DNA of 64,000 nt. Origin: Octopus sinensis. Taxonomy: Eukaryota. Location: positions 16,987,360-17,051,359 of the forward strand of contig NC_043019.1 of the NCBI RefSeq assembly GCF_006345805.1, written 5' to 3'. Below are positions 36,126 through 51,238 of the stretch, piece after piece (position 1 is the stretch's first letter; each line of letters begins with the position of its first letter). The position numbers were made by a program, and so were the translations under genes. The notes beneath the pieces were generated by a model. It had not been told where the DNA came from. It saw only the letters and a list, made by a program, of their open reading frames with translations, and ran no database searches.

Positions 36126-37952
36126 AGGAAAGGTTTTTGAAAAAGCCCAAGATAAAACTAGAATGATCGTTGCAAACCTGGGATATCCATGTTGCATTAA
36201 AATTGAGTTAATCTTACTGAATATACAAAGACTCTATAAAAAACAGATCTTATGATACATGTGAAAAGGACATGTGGTAAAGCCCGGACAAAAAATGGTT
36301 CATCATCAAAGTTGGGGAATAGAACTGGAACAAACATGCAATCTTTTAAGAACTTGGAACAAATTGTAATTTCAACAGCGGATGATAACAGACAGAATCT
36401 TTTAAAGAAGGAAAACAATGAATTTGAAGACTTAACCATGAGATTTGATAGCCGCTGTGGAGGGGAGGCTGACACATCCTGTGATGGAGCGGCTGAGTTG
36501 TAAGAAGTGAGAGATAAAGTGGACAACTTTATTAAAAAGTTCTTCTGGCAGATGTGATGCTGGTGAAGTCAAAGAGGTTGCCATTTCTTTGAGATGAAAC
36601 ACAGTTATTTGTTGGTGTTGGTACTTCTAGAGAATGGTGGGAAGATTTAGAATTCATAGGGATCTGTTTGGGAGCACAAAGTTGAGGACGATAACAAGGA
36701 ATGGTCAACTATTTGAGGATTATGGGATCAATATCTTGAATTGTTTTAATAGTTTGTCCCACTATGAAATTGTTTGCTATTCCCATTTCCAATTTATCAT
36801 TTGCAGAAAACTGCAGACAACATTCTGCTTTCTGTTTTTTGTTATCTGGAATAACACTCAGGAAAACTCTGTAAAAATATCTTTACCCATCAACATAGTC
36901 TTACAACTTGGTATCTGGTAATCTCTTCACAATTCACGAGTCCCATCTTTAGATAACCAACTCCACTGACAAATAAAAACAGACAAAATTTGTAGAGACT
37001 TCAAATAAAGAAAAATATTGCTTGTCTAAAAATTGAGGTCTTGAGATTGGAGCCGGCTGATGTTTACTTCTTATGACAGTCACATGACTTGTCTGTCCTT
37101 GAGCCAGTTTCTTGATGACAACTGCCAGAAGTGGTGGAAAGCAGTGACAGGGCCGTGATGTTAGCTAGAGATGCAGTCACGTGATGATGCTGGGGTATTT
37201 TTCTGCTGAATAAGATTTTACTACATAACTGGAGCCAATCTCAAATTGATAAATTAGCACTTTTACATTACAGCAAATCCAGTTGTTGACACGAGGCCAA
37301 AAAGATGGACAGTGATACGAAGCTTTTCTCATTGTTTAGGCTTTGTGCCAAAATAGCCTTCTGTTCAAAACCCAACTTGTAACATATATTACAGTCTGGC
37401 TCAAACACTTACTATTTTCTTGCCTTGCATACAATTATAATTTTTATCTCAATATATTGAAATGACATGAAATTATTTCTCAGAAAGCAACTTTGATTGC
37501 ATTTTCTAGACATTTTTTTCATTGGACACTATCATTTTCAATATTGATTTTCACCTCTGCCATTCAACTTACAAAAAAAAGTTTGTAATATTTTCATTAC
37601 TTTTTATATTCTCTCATGAACTGATTTTCCTACAAAGTTTTCCAATTATCAGTCAAAAGTTTGAATAAACTTAGTCCTGGACCCCATTTCTGTTTGTAAT
37701 ATTAAATTGCTGAATTAGTGAAAGATATATTCCTTGGTTCTTATTTCTTTCCTTTGTAATATAATCTTGTCTGACACACATGCATTCATGTTGCAACTAG
37801 ACTTGCAGGCTATGTACATTAGTTTCCTTGTGTGGTCAGATGAATTTCTATTTCTTATCTTGTAACAAATGGAGACCTTCAACTTCAATTTTCAACCATC
37901 CTAACTCATTTATTCCCTTGTCAGACAGTAAATATATATATACATACATATA

Positions 37953-38822
37953 CAGGGTGCGATGGGTAAATTGTCACCATTTTATATTTTTAATTTCACG
38001 CATGCACATTGTTTTTGATACTGTCAACTACTCAGTATTAGTAGGGTTATTTAGGCAGCAGCAGCAAGAAAAAAAGAGAACCATGACACAATTCACTCAG
38101 CCAGAAATTTGGAAATGACATGTTGTATTGCTTGGCATTTGCACTGGAAGCTCCAATATGAACATTTCAAAGTGTTTGGGTGTCAGTCTGAGGACCAGTA
38201 CCGAGAGTGATGAAAGTCAAACATCCAGCCAACGTCACGGTATTTGGAGTGATCACTAAGTGATGGCTTTGCTATGCTTCCATTCATCTCCCCACATGGC
38301 CTCAGACTCAACATGGAGGCTACATCAAGTGCCTGGAGGAGGTAGTGCTGCCCTGGGTCAAGAGGGTGGCTGCTGGAACACCCTATGTCTGGTAACAGGA
38401 CTCTGCACCATGCCACACAAGCAGAAGAATCCAGTCATGGCTGTCAAGCAATTTTTGCGACCACATCACCCCTAACATCTGGCCACCTGATTCCACAGAC
38501 TTCAACCCCCTTAATTATTACATGTGGGAGGCGGTTGCGCGAGACCAACAAAACTCCATGTAACACCAAAGATAAACTGAAGGCAAGGATTATAGCAACA
38601 TTCACCAACTTAAGCAAGGAGATCATCCAGAAGAGTTGCAGGAGATTCCGAAGTCGTCTGGAGATCATGGTTGAAGCCAATGGAGATTTTACTGAATAAA
38701 TTTATTCTTTAGTATTTTAAGATATTTTTATGTAATTTTGGTAAATACATCTGTTAAAATAAGATGTCAGTATTATTTTCATTTTTGCGTAATTTAGACG
38801 ATAGTTTATTCACTACACCCAG
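37953..38822 (+). mobile_element. Internally deleted Tc1/mariner element of the DD37D (maT-type) group
   Basis: TA|CAGGGTG ... CACCCAG|TA termini. Transposase remnant W*QDSAPCH...WPPDSTDFNPLNYYMW has 37 residues between the second Asp and the third catalytic position (GAT decayed to AAT). C-terminus SCRRFRSRLEIMVEANGDFTE*. Confidence 0.8.
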
Positions 38823-38981
38823 TATATGTGTGTGTGTGTGTATGTGTAAATATAAACAAACTGAAATTTGTTTTTAATAAGCATCAAAATGTGTATTGTA
38901 TAATACAAACAAGAAGATATTTTTTTGGATGCAGAATTGCTGTTAGAACTGCAGAAATACTCGGTAAATTACCCTTACAAA

Positions 38982-39196
38982 GTGTGAAAATTTGTCAACT
39001 AACAGCCATGGGACTCAAACCCACATCCTTCAAGACTCTGGCAAAATGTTTTGTAGCTGTTCTATTAGCTATTTAGCATCTAAAATTGTGGATGAATTTG
39101 TCAGCGGGCAGTTTAGCTTAATGGTATAGCACTCAGCTGGAGTCTTGAAGGATGAGGAATTGAGTCCCATGGCTGTTTGCTGACAAATCTTTCCAC
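38982..39196. mobile_element. Head-to-head pair of diverged tRNA-like heads (fold-back)
   Basis: ~57-bp arms containing CAGCCATGGGACTCAA..C.CATCCTTCAAGACTC and its reverse complement; A-box-like TAGCTTAATGG and B-box-like GG.TTGAGTCCC. Confidence 0.6.
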
Positions 39197-39498
39197 CTTG
39201 TGGGGGGGGGGGGTAATTTGTCCAGTATTCCTGCTGTTCTAACAGCAATTCAGCACTTGAAAAAATATCACCTTATTTGTATTGTACAATATATATGTGA
39301 CCGTGTGTGTACCGTTGGCGATTTTTTTTCCTCTGTCTTCCCTTTTCCTATGTTTCTGACGAAGAGCTCCTTCTTTCCTGAGTGGCCAATAATACTATAC
39401 TTGTTCCACGTCCTCGCGTTGTTGTGTTTTCATGTTTGGATTAACTATATATATATACATACACACACCCCATGTATCTATTTCGTTTTGAAGTTTAA

Positions 39499-39717
39499 CC
39501 CTTTAGTGTTCAGATTATTCAATCAAACATAATGCCAATTGATTCCCATTGATTTGAATTAATCATGCATTTTCTCATATCTTCAAGATCTTGATGGTGT
39601 AATTACTTAATGTAGAATAACATTGTAGGGTAGGTGTGAGAGCCTGGATCTGGTCAGTTTGAACAAAAAACAGATTAGCTATTTTGGCCGGATATGGCCG
39701 GTTTAAATACTAAAGGG
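39499..39717. mobile_element. piggyBac-like MITE (219 bp)
   Basis: TTAA|CCCTTTAG ... CTAAAGGG|TTAA. Confidence 0.85.
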
Positions 39718-41094
39718 TTAAGGAATCATCATGCACAGAGATTAAATACTTAAGTTAAATTGACTTAAGTTTTCAAAATATAAACTGCTTTGTCTTTTAG
39801 TTTATGTTCTTTTTTTCAAACTCATAAATTATATGACAAAATTCCTTTTCCCCCGCCCCCCCATTAACTGCAGCATTGTACCTGAAAGTGTGGTTAAGAA
39901 CATAATTGATATTAAACTGCCACTGGCAATGCCTTCACTTGAGAAGTTTCAGAAGTCTTTAGAGATAGAGGTCTGCTGGCCTCTAAAAGGGAGAACAGTT
40001 TAGGCCTATGGTGGATTGAATATTTCATCTTTATAAATCCAAAGCATAAACAAGTTTTCTTATAAAAATATGAACGGCTGCTTTCTGTTTAGTTGACCCC
40101 ATTTTATTCATAATATTTATGCATTTCTAGTAAGAGGGACCTGTGACATTATCATATGGTTTTATGTTTTAAAAAGGTTTAAATACACTTATATCATATC
40201 TCACTAGTTTATTTTGACAGGTTCATATCTTTTCTACAGGTTATTAAGGTCATGCTAAACACTTATCTTACAAAGTGTTACCAAGGTAACACTTTGTAAG
40301 TGAAAAGGTTGTAAATTTTCACCATGGCCAAATTTCTTAATAAAGGATTATGTTCCTGTGAGTGAAGGAATAAACTAAACATATTAGATTAACTATAGAC
40401 CAATTTATAAAATATATATGATGGGCTTCATTCAGTTTCCGGCAGGACACGTGTTCTTTCCCCCATGGCACTCATGACCCAAGAGCGGTTGACTGAGACT
40501 GTTGATGATCATGTGACCCTGCCAACACGAGACCTCCTGACTTTAGATTTTAGGAAAAGGGGCCTGAGGCCTGGTTGGTGTACTCATGATAGCAAGGAGT
40601 TGCAGGGAGAAGCTGTGAGTCTTGGTAGGTGGGGTGGGGGGCACCTGATCTTTCTTGGCTAAATTGGGGCTGCCATTGAAGCTGAGGCCAGTTTTGTTGA
40701 ACGGTCTCCGTTTCTGCGATGTACTGAGTTGAAGGTGTGTACGCATGTACAGAGATATGCACATACATATCATCAAAGTCAGCATTGTTTTTTTAAATCT
40801 ACTTTTACTGCTGGCATGGGTTGGACAGAGCCAGAGTCAGCTCTTGAGTTGTAGTCTTGTCAGACAGGTTGGGAGACCAAGATTCCCTTGAGTGTCAAGT
40901 CACGCATGGTTTCTATAGATGAAAAAAACCCCTTCCTAATACAGAGCATTTTACAGAGGGAACTAGATGCATTTTATTGTAACACCAGCATCAGAGAGGT
41001 GGTCATGTCCTCAACAAGACAAAACTAAGAGTCCTCTTCATGCTCTATTGTGTCTACTTATACACAACTGAACACTAAGCTCTTTTTGCAAAGA

Positions 41095-41575
41095 TCTGTT
41101 GAGGCAAGTGAAATCAAATTCGCAAATTCGATGACTGGCACCTGTGCCAGTGGAGCACTAAGAGCACCATCCAAGCATGATCGCTGCCAGAGCAGCTGAC
41201 TGGCTTCCGTGTTGGTGGAACGTAAAAAGCACCATTCAAATGTGATCATTACCAGCGTCGTCTACTGGCACTTGAAAAACATTCGATCGAGGTCATTGCC
41301 AGTGCTGCTGGATTGGCTCCTATGCAGGTGGCACGTAAAAAAGACCACTTGAGCGTGGCTGTTGCCAGTACCACCTGACTAGCCCTCGTACTGTTGGCAC
41401 GTAAAAGCACCCACTACACTCTTGGAGTGGTTGGCGCTAGGAAGGGCATCCAGCTGTAGACACTCTGCCAGATCAGATTGGAGTCTGGTGCAGCCATCTG
41501 GTTCGCCAGTCCTCAGTCAAATCATCCAACCCATGCTAGCATGGAAAGTGGACGTTAAATGATGATGATGATGAT
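41095..41575 (+). mobile_element. RTE LINE 3' UTR with five hairpin units and (GAT)n tail
   Basis: Same terminal block as 28540-28704. Confidence 0.85.
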
Positions 41576-41779
41576 TTTACAGAGTAAACTGAGTGCATTT
41601 TCTTGTGGCACCAGCACCAGTGCTGTTGCCCAGTACTCAGCAAAACTAAAGGAGCCTTCACTGTTTTATATTGACTCCTTTTGTTTGAGACAATGTGACT
41701 AAAAGAGTTGGCAAAAGGGAGATGATAAAGAAGGAACAAGAATGAAAGGAGAAACAAGTGAGAATATTGAGGAGGAGAC

Positions 41780-42180
41780 AGAGTGGTTTGGGTGGCGGTT
41801 GGAAGAGGGTGGTGAAAAGTGGGGGGGAACAGGGTTAAGAATAATAAGAGAGAGAAGGGGGAGGGGTATTGTGGTATGAGTAGAGGTTTAACAAGACAGC
41901 AATAGTACGGGGGTTGATGCGAGATAGTGAGTATGAGGGATAATAATAAAAGGGTCGGTAGTGTGATAGATGCTTAATAGTGAATGACCTGAAGAAGCTG
42001 AAGTGGAGCCCAGCAGGATAGATGGGTGATGTAGGCAGGTATAAGAGGTGGGGGGGAGATGGTAAAGGAAAGAGAGTGATGAGTACCTGAGAGAGGGAGA
42101 GGAGAAGAAGGTTGGTGGGAGTATCAGATGCAATGCAATCTCTGATTAACCAGATGTCAGGGGGGGGGAACACTGACAAC
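41780..42180 (-). mobile_element. Possible decayed CR1/L2-type endonuclease fragment
   Basis: Minus-strand IRDCIASDTPTNLLLLSL and ILLGSTSASSGHSLLSI loosely resemble the D.P..LDL and LG.SDH..I motifs. Confidence 0.3.
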
Positions 42181-42376
42181 AACTATGTAAATATATATAT
42201 ATATTGTGTGTGGGGGGTGAGGGAGAGGGGAGAGAAAGCTGGAGGGGTATCAGATAGCAATAGATCTGACGCAATCTCTTAATACACAGGCATCTTCATG
42301 AGAGGGAGACACCAGATGCTGGTTAAAGATTGACAGTGAGTGATGGAAGGTGAGAGAATGTATTAAATACTGGCAG

Positions 42377-42444
<68 letters not shown>

Positions 42445-42779
42445 AGTGTGTGTGTTTATAGACAGAGCTAGTGTTTCTAGGTGACAAGAAAAGAGAATAG
42501 GGAGGAATAGTGAGAGATGAGAAAGTACTAGAGAGGCAAGAAGGGGATCAGGGGGAGAAGCAGTAGGTATAAAAAGGGTAAAAACAGCCCTTTTTAAGAA
42601 ACCTATTATTAATCAATCTTTTTTCCTAATCAATTTGACAATTAACACTCTTTTTGTAACTTTCAGAACCTGATCCAACAATCTGATGTCTCTGAAGTTT
42701 CGTCTCGTGCACCTGATTTACTCTTACAACAGATAAAAATTTCAACTTCTGTTACTGGTCCCGTTTCAATGTAAATTTT

Positions 42780-43130
42780 ATCATGTTTGCGTGGGTGGTC
42801 AGGTCTTCTTTATCATCTCTCTTCCATGATCTTGGGATCAATCTTCACCACTTCCTGAATTTGCCCTCTTCCACAGGTCCCATTCATTTTGAAGGCTCAG
42901 CATCCATATGCTTCACCTGTCCATACTAATGCAGTCTTCTTTCTTGCACACCTGATTCTTCTCATGCCCAGTTTTACTCTCTTATATAGACACACACTCA
43001 CATTACACAGTCAATTAAGTTCTCTTCTTTAATTTTTTTCAGAAGTCTTTGCAAAGCCTCTGCATTCAAAGCCCACATTTTTATTACCCTACAGCATCGC
43101 ACTCAGTACACAAGCATCCTACATTCAGCC
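42780..43130 (-). mobile_element. Old RTE ORF2 C-terminal remnant
   Basis: Minus strand echoes the MCNV/LREKLG/VQERRL.WYG/RGRPRK pattern of 27916-28236, with many stops. Confidence 0.45.
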
Positions 43131-43424
43131 TGCACACACACACACACCACACACACATACAATCAGGCACATATATACCACTTGCTATTAAAATCACAAT
43201 TATCCCTCATCCTTCCAAAGTTAGCAAGAAGTCAAAAATGTGGACCTAACCCACACGGATGAGGTTTCTGGATTATTTCTCTCTCCTTTTTTATCTCTTT
43301 TCCTCTCATGCCAGTCTCCCTGGACTTTCCTCTCATAATCTGATGGATGACCCTTTCGGAAACATTATACATTTACTTGTAGAATTAGTTTTCCTTCTCT
43401 GAATATCATCCTAATAATATTGGC

Positions 43425-43860
43425 GGAGAGCTGGAAGAAACGTTAGCAATGCTGAGTGAAATGCTCAGCAGTATTTCATCTGCCATTATGTTCTGAGTTC
43501 AATTTCCACTGATGTTGACTTAGCCTTTCATCCTTTCGGGTTTGATTAAATAAGTACCAGTTACACACTGAGGTTGATGTAATCAACTTAATCCTTTTGT
43601 CTATCCTTGTTTGTCCCCTATATGTTTATGCCCCTGTGGGCAATAAAGAAATATTGGTTTCAAATTTTGGCACAAGGCCAGCAAGTCTAAGGGAGGAGAT
43701 AAATTGATTACATTGACCCCAGTGTTCAACTGGTACTTATTGACCTCAAAAGGATGAAAGGCAAAGTTGACCTTGGTGGAATTTGAACTCAGAATATAAG
43801 GACAGACAAAATGGCGCTAAGCATTTTGCCTGACATTCTATAATTCTGCCAGCTCACCAT
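43425..43860. mobile_element. Tail-to-tail Meta-like SINEs (B-type plus strand, A-type minus strand)
   Basis: Family motifs on both strands. Confidence 0.8.
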
Positions 43861-44115
43861 TTATGTCAACCTAACAATATGAACTGTGAATGGTGCTTGG
43901 AATTTTGTTGTCTTTTGGTTATTTGTATTTCCTTTGCTTACACACACACACACACACATAAACATACATGTATATACATGCAAACACACACATACACACA
44001 TATATATATTTACATATAAATATCCCCAAGCATATACATTATATATAAAGAATTTTGATGTGAAACTGTTGAAACCAATATTTCAACATTTAGAAAGAGT
44101 CATATTACTAAAGGC

Positions 44116-45320
<1,205 letters not shown>

Positions 45321-47464
45321 CGTTTGTTCTTATTTTTTCCTCAAATTATTCTTCACCATACTTATTCCGGCGGCTTTCACAACGAGTATAGTTTTTCAAA
45401 TGGAGAAATTTTTTCACTTGAAAATCTATACCCATTGAGAAGGCCACAGGAACAGAGTGGAATAAATATGGTATATCTGACAAGAAAATATTACGAATAG
45501 TGTAAAGTTTCTTTCTCTTAAACTTGTTTGGTTCTTTTTTTGAGAAATCTGAAAGGAGGCTGTTAAATATGCTAATAAACTTAATAAAGTTTTAACAGAA
45601 TTCATCTTTTTATAATAATTTAATCATCTAAGGTTATTTTCCTTCAAAGTGCTGTTTATCAGTTATAGTAATTTAAAAGCCATTTACCACTTTTTATATC
45701 CTAGAATAGGGATTGCTGCTGCAGATAAAAGGGAATACTGGTTTTGAAAATGGATTGTTTTGCAATATCCTAAAACTATTTGCATAAATTTCCAGAAAAA
45801 ATCACTTTAAATTAAATCTGAAGAAAAGCTAGAAAATATGAAAAAAAAAATCACTTAAGTTTGACAGGAATGATTCACGGCATTGCGTCTCAATTAAAAT
45901 CAATATCTGATTTTAAGTAAATTTTATTTGTAATGGGAAAATCTCCATATATCTTTGTTTTTCTTTCATTGCTTTCAGTTTTTTGCTTGTTTGCGCTTTA
46001 TAAACTATGACTGAATGGTAAATGTGCTTAAATTTTTAAAACTCTATTTTTTTTTTTTAATTTTGATTACGCATTATGAAACAAAATATATCCGTTATTC
46101 AGCATGGTGCTACATGAACTCTGAATTTTGTACAGTAGATCCCTATTTAAGACTTTAGGATTTTAATCAGCCATTTCCGGCCAAAATATTCTGCTTGTTT
46201 TCCATTCAAATTAGCCAGATTTGTCTCTTCACACCTAGCCTACAATGCCATTCTAAAAATAAACAATTGCATCAGTGGAATCTCAAAGCTACAAGACAAT
46301 TCTTGATTACTTCAAAACAAAGTGAATTAGATTTGAGAGATTAATCCAAATGCTAATGGTTCAAACCAGTGAAAGCCAGCCTAGGGGTTGCAATGTAGCC
46401 TATGGGTCCTTCTAAGTGGTAGGCTTTGTATATTTTAGTAGAGTGGCATGCTTAATGATGGGCTGTGTTTCATGTGGCCCGCTTCTCAAAAACAGTCACT
46501 GATTTAAACAGTAGCATCATATTTAAAATAAATAAACCTTGAAAATTATCAGGAGTTCAGTTTGCTATTTCTTTCGACGGAGAAAAAGAAAAAAAATCTA
46601 TTTTAACATATACAAAAGAAGTAAGTTATGTTAAGTGTCTGCTGTTAAAATAACTAGTAAAATAGATTCAAATATTATTTTAGTCTGTTATGCATGAAAA
46701 AAGATTTTAAAAATACAAAATTTTCTTTGTAAGTTTCTTGTAGGGCAGAGATGGTGGCTGAGGGTTAGGGGTAAGAAGTTGATTAATACGACTCAATATG
46801 TTGAACAACTTGCTCCCACCCACATAGCATGCACTTGATACATTGAGGTCAAACATTGTAAAGTTTTTTTTTATCTTATCATATTACCACACACACACAC
46901 ACACTGGCCGTGTAACAGATAATCTGGCAAACAAATAAAATGACGAGAAGACAGTCTTTAAAATTTTGAGACGTTTAAGTTACAAATATTTCTTTTATGT
47001 ACAACAAAATACATAAATTCTTCTTGTTTTGCATGCAAAGACGCAAACACACACACACGCACACAGACACACGCAGATACATACGCATGCACAGAGACAT
47101 TGAGATATACAGATGCAAAATCTTGAAACCCAGCAGATTCAGTAATTTCAGTCACTAGTAAATTTCGTCATGGTTTTATGATCATGAGAACATGTGTGTG
47201 TGTATGTGTCAGTGTGTGTGTGTGTGTGCAGGCGTGTGGTTGGGCAGCAGTTGCGTTGTTTACCAGAGAATATTTGGTTGTTGTATTAAGACTCCAGAAA
47301 CACAGAAACACAGCAATCTGGAGATGTAGTTGCTGTTCTTGAATATAACCAAATATTTGAGGTACAAAAATAGGGGGGAAAAAAAAAACTGTCTGTGGAG
47401 ACATACTTAAGACAGTTGCCATTCTTCCCAGTCAATGTCACCAGAAATGTAGCCAATATGCTTT

Positions 47465-47718
47465 CGTGTGTGTGTGTGTATATATATAAATGTATATAGG
47501 TATATATATGTGTATGTGTGTATATATAAATGTATATAGGTATATATATGTGTGTGTGTGTGTATATAAATGTATATAGGTATATACATATATATATGTA
47601 TATGTGAATATATATATATATATATATATATATGTTTATATATATATATATATGTTTATATATATATATATATATGTTTATATATATATATATATGGTTT
47701 ATATATATATATATATAT

Positions 47719-47761
<43 letters not shown>

Positions 47762-47923
47762 ATATATATATATATATATATGTTTATATATATATGTTTA
47801 TATATACATATATATGTTTATATATACATATATATATATGTTATATATATATATATATATATATGTTATATATATATATATGTTTATATATATATATATA
47901 TGTTTATATACATATATATATAT

Positions 47924-48016
<93 letters not shown>

Positions 48017-48030
48017 GTTTATACAATTAC
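47465..48030. repeat. (TA)n/TATGTT compound microsatellite immediately downstream of the predicted stop codon
   Basis: Seen directly. Confidence 0.95.
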
Positions 48031-48032
48031 TG

Positions 48033-48367
48033 TCATATATAAATAGGTTTAGAAATCTCTACATAGCTTCTGCTGCCTGATGTCGGCTTTGTAGCGATGT
48101 CAGGATTCTGACTGACGGCCACATGATATGGAGGAGGTGGCTCATTGAATTCCCGAGACATTGTTGATAGTGGTGTAGCGTTGGATATTTCACTGGCAAG
48201 TTCAGGCTCCGATCTCCAGTGGATATTAAGTTTCGGAAATTTCCATGTTATGGTTAATCCAACAAAGAAAAGTAAAGCTCCGGTCAAGCATAACCAGGTG
48301 GCCCAGAGTAAACGAGAATATTTCGCTTTGAAAATGACTATTGTAATTCCACAGATTGTTGTCATAC
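48033..48367 (-). CDS. Coding exon 2 of a small two-TM membrane protein with a PPxY motif
   Basis: Acceptor TTTTATTTCTACTTTCAG| (exon starts 48367, phase 1). Open frame (G)[41 protein letters not shown]...[12 protein letters not shown]...[11 protein letters not shown], with a hydrophobic hairpin, PPPPY and YVEI motifs. Not repeat-like. Confidence 0.75.
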
Positions 48368-48415
48368 CTGAAAGTAGAAATAAAAGCTATGAACAAAAAT
48401 CATTTACATGATGTG

Positions 48416-48474
<59 letters not shown>

Positions 48475-48483
48475 GTAAATGTA

Positions 48484-48605
48484 AAAAAATACAAACTGGG
48501 ACAAGAACGTGAAGCATTTAGAAGACGATACAAAAAACACGGACGGGACATTCGAAGCCTTCAATCTTCAGTCAAGAACCGGATCATCTTCGCAATTTCG
48601 GCTGA
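48484..48605 (-). mobile_element. Possible Penelope-like tail fragment
   Basis: Minus strand CAGCCGAAATTGCG...TTGACTGAAGATTGAAGGCTTCGAATG has hammerhead-like half-motifs but no complete core; embedded in (TA)n. Confidence 0.3.
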
Positions 48606-49834
48606 TATATATATATATATATATAAATTTTGCAATTTACTTAATCATCGGTATATTATTGTTATTTTAATTTTAATATTTCTATTATAAGTAATTTTCT
48701 AGATGGTGTAATTTAATTGTTCATCTTGAATTGATAAAAGGTGGTTTTTTTTCTAGCATCAGCATGGCTGCAGCTCTGAGCTGAAACTAATAAAAAAATT
48801 TTTTTTTTTAATATATATATATATGTTTGATAATTTTGCCACTTTAATTACTAGATGCTTATAAATTACTAGGTGTTTACAAATCGATTTCTATTCAAAT
48901 CTTCTTAAAGACTTCAAGTACATTTTCAATTTTGCTTCATCTTTTGTGTGTGTGTGTGTGTGTGTGCATAATGTGGCTATGAAATTAGGAAAAATGAGTG
49001 TTCAAAATGAATGTCGGTGCCGGTCTGCATCCGTATCCTCAGCTGTATGGAATCACTGTAAAGAGAATTTTAAAATGGTTTCTAGATAAGAATAGGTGAG
49101 CTGCTGCCATTGTTACTTCAAGTGACACAGTTTGGGAAAGCAGCAGCAACAGTGGATTCTTTGGCACTCTACCACTTGGTAGAGGAGGCAGTCTGTTAGT
49201 GCTAGGTTCGCTGGATTGGAGAATTCAGTGATGTCAGCTACTGATGTGCTGCACAGAGAGGGAACAGACATGGTGGTGTCAGGGTGTCACATATTAACCT
49301 ATATGCTGATCATGGCTATGTGATGTCATCTAAGGTAGGCGATAGCAAGCCATGATTATTGCATGTGGAAGGGAAGCATTCTCACTAGGGGCAAAGAGAG
49401 AGAGAGAGAGAGAGAGTGACTACCCTGCAGATGTGCAAGGGCCAATTAGGGCTAAGGTGATCCTTTCTAAGATATCAGCTAAAAATGGTTTGATGTTCAT
49501 TAACAGGACATGCCTTTGGTGACAACAATAGGATAGAGATCAGTCTCCCTGGTGATGGGCATTGCAGGCTATTGCTGTTTGTGTAGTTTCTTAGAGAAAC
49601 AGCAATGGTAATGACAAGTTCCAGGCAAAGATGCTCCATGATGATGATGTTGAGGAAGAAGTTTCTAGATTCTAAAATCTTCAGATGAAGCCAAGGCAAG
49701 GAGACAAAGTGTTACGTCATTGTTATTAGTAACAACAACAACAACAATGATGCTGATGATGATGATGATATAAGCAATCACTAACTTCGATTGACAACAT
49801 AAGTTTAGTTAATAATTCATTAGAATTTCCTTAA

Positions 49835-50077
49835 CCCTTTAGCATCTGTCAAATGTAAAGCCTGTTTAATGTAAAGCCTGTCAAATGTAAAGCCTGTTTA
49901 ATCACATTGTTTTAAATTAATTGTACAGCATCTTGTAACTCTGAGATTTTGATGATGTCCCTGTTTATTTTTAGAATGACTTTGTAGGGTAGGTGTGAGA
50001 GGTCAGAGTTGGCTGGTTTGAGCATAAAACAGGAAGACAATTTTGGCCTGGTATGGCCCAGTTTAAACACTAAAGGG
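49835..50077. mobile_element. piggyBac-like MITE with internal 20-30 bp tandem duplication
   Basis: TTAA|CCCTTTAG ... CTAAAGGG|TTAA; repeated AATGTAAAGCCTGT. Confidence 0.85.
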
Positions 50078-50599
50078 TTAATCAATATTTGCAGAGCCAA
50101 CAAAGTGAGCTTTCTTAATTTAGTTTTTCTAATTTCTATCTCTTAATTTCGCTAAAACCCTTAATAAGTTAAATCTGTGAGACAGGTTCACACAGTGGAG
50201 TGGAAGTAGAGTTTAGTTAAGCCATACGGAATCATAAAACGCAGAGGAAGAGAAATCTATGAGAAATTCTTAAAAATACAAACATTTATGAAGAAAACTG
50301 AAAAAGATTGTAGAAAAAGGCAGGACAAGAATCATAAATATATTGCGAAAGAATTGTGGACGAAAGAGAGGGAAAGGGGAAAAATTAAGTGATTACAGAG
50401 TCATTATGAAGACAGAAAATTGTAAATTAATTGCAAAAAATAAAAAAAAAAAGAGGTTACCAAGTTGTTATCTCAACTCTTGCTAAATAGTTACCTGCTC
50501 GTAACTACTTGTGTGTATGCATGTAGGCAGGTAGATATAGAGGTAGATAGGTATACTGATGGGTGGGTGGGTGGATAGATGAATTAAGCTGGTAGATAT

Positions 50600-50995
50600 A
50601 CTCTCTCTTACTCTTTACTCTTTTACTTGTTTCAGTCATTTAACTGCGGCCATGCTGGAGCACCGCCTTTAATCGAGCAACTTGACCCCGAGACTTATTC
50701 TTTGTAAGCCTAGTACTTATTCTATCAGTCTCTTTTGCCGAACCGCTAAGTGGCGGGGACATAAACACCAGCATCGGTTGTCAAGCAATGCTAGGGGGGA
50801 CAAACACAGACACACAAACACACACACATATATATATATACATATATACATATATACGACGGGCTTCTTTCAGTTTCTGTCTACCAATCCACTCACAAGT
50901 AGAAGACACTTGCCCAAGGTGCCACGCAGTGGGACTGAACCCAGAACCATGTGGTTGGTAAACAAGCTACTTACCACACAGCCACTCCTGTGCCT
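50600..50995 (-). mobile_element. CORE-type SINE
   Basis: Family motifs in reverse complement. Confidence 0.85.
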
Positions 50996-51238
50996 ATATG
51001 GACAGACAGATATATAGATTTGTACGGACACACAGACAGACAGGTACATAGATGAACAGGCAGACAAGACAGTTAAATAATTGGATAAGTATGCAATTAA
51101 ATGAATCCAGATAGGTATGTAGATCGCTGGCTACAGATAGCTAGTAAATTAAGTAATGAAGTTAAATTAACGAGTAACTGCAGACTGAGTGCTGTTGCGG
51201 CTGTACAAGTTGTTATTGTTTGTGTTGTTTATGTTTAA

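Noticed and set aside
35040-36710. Mononegavirales L-protein resemblance (WGH, GKVFEK...KTR, ELEQTC...R, EDDNK)
   Set aside because: Spacing is partly suggestive, but the KERELK motif and motif B are missing, the hits need a stop-rich frame and several substitutions, and this is within chance. An RdRp HMM search would settle it.
36905-36965. 61-nt minus-strand exon candidate (GVGYLKMGLVNCEEITRYQV)
   Set aside because: Splice signals are good but no compatible neighbouring exons were found, and it lies in the unresolved decayed region.
46450-46510. C/D-box snoRNA candidate
   Set aside because: The C box is mismatched, the span is short, and a related sequence at ~32.0 kb shows it is a dispersed repeat.
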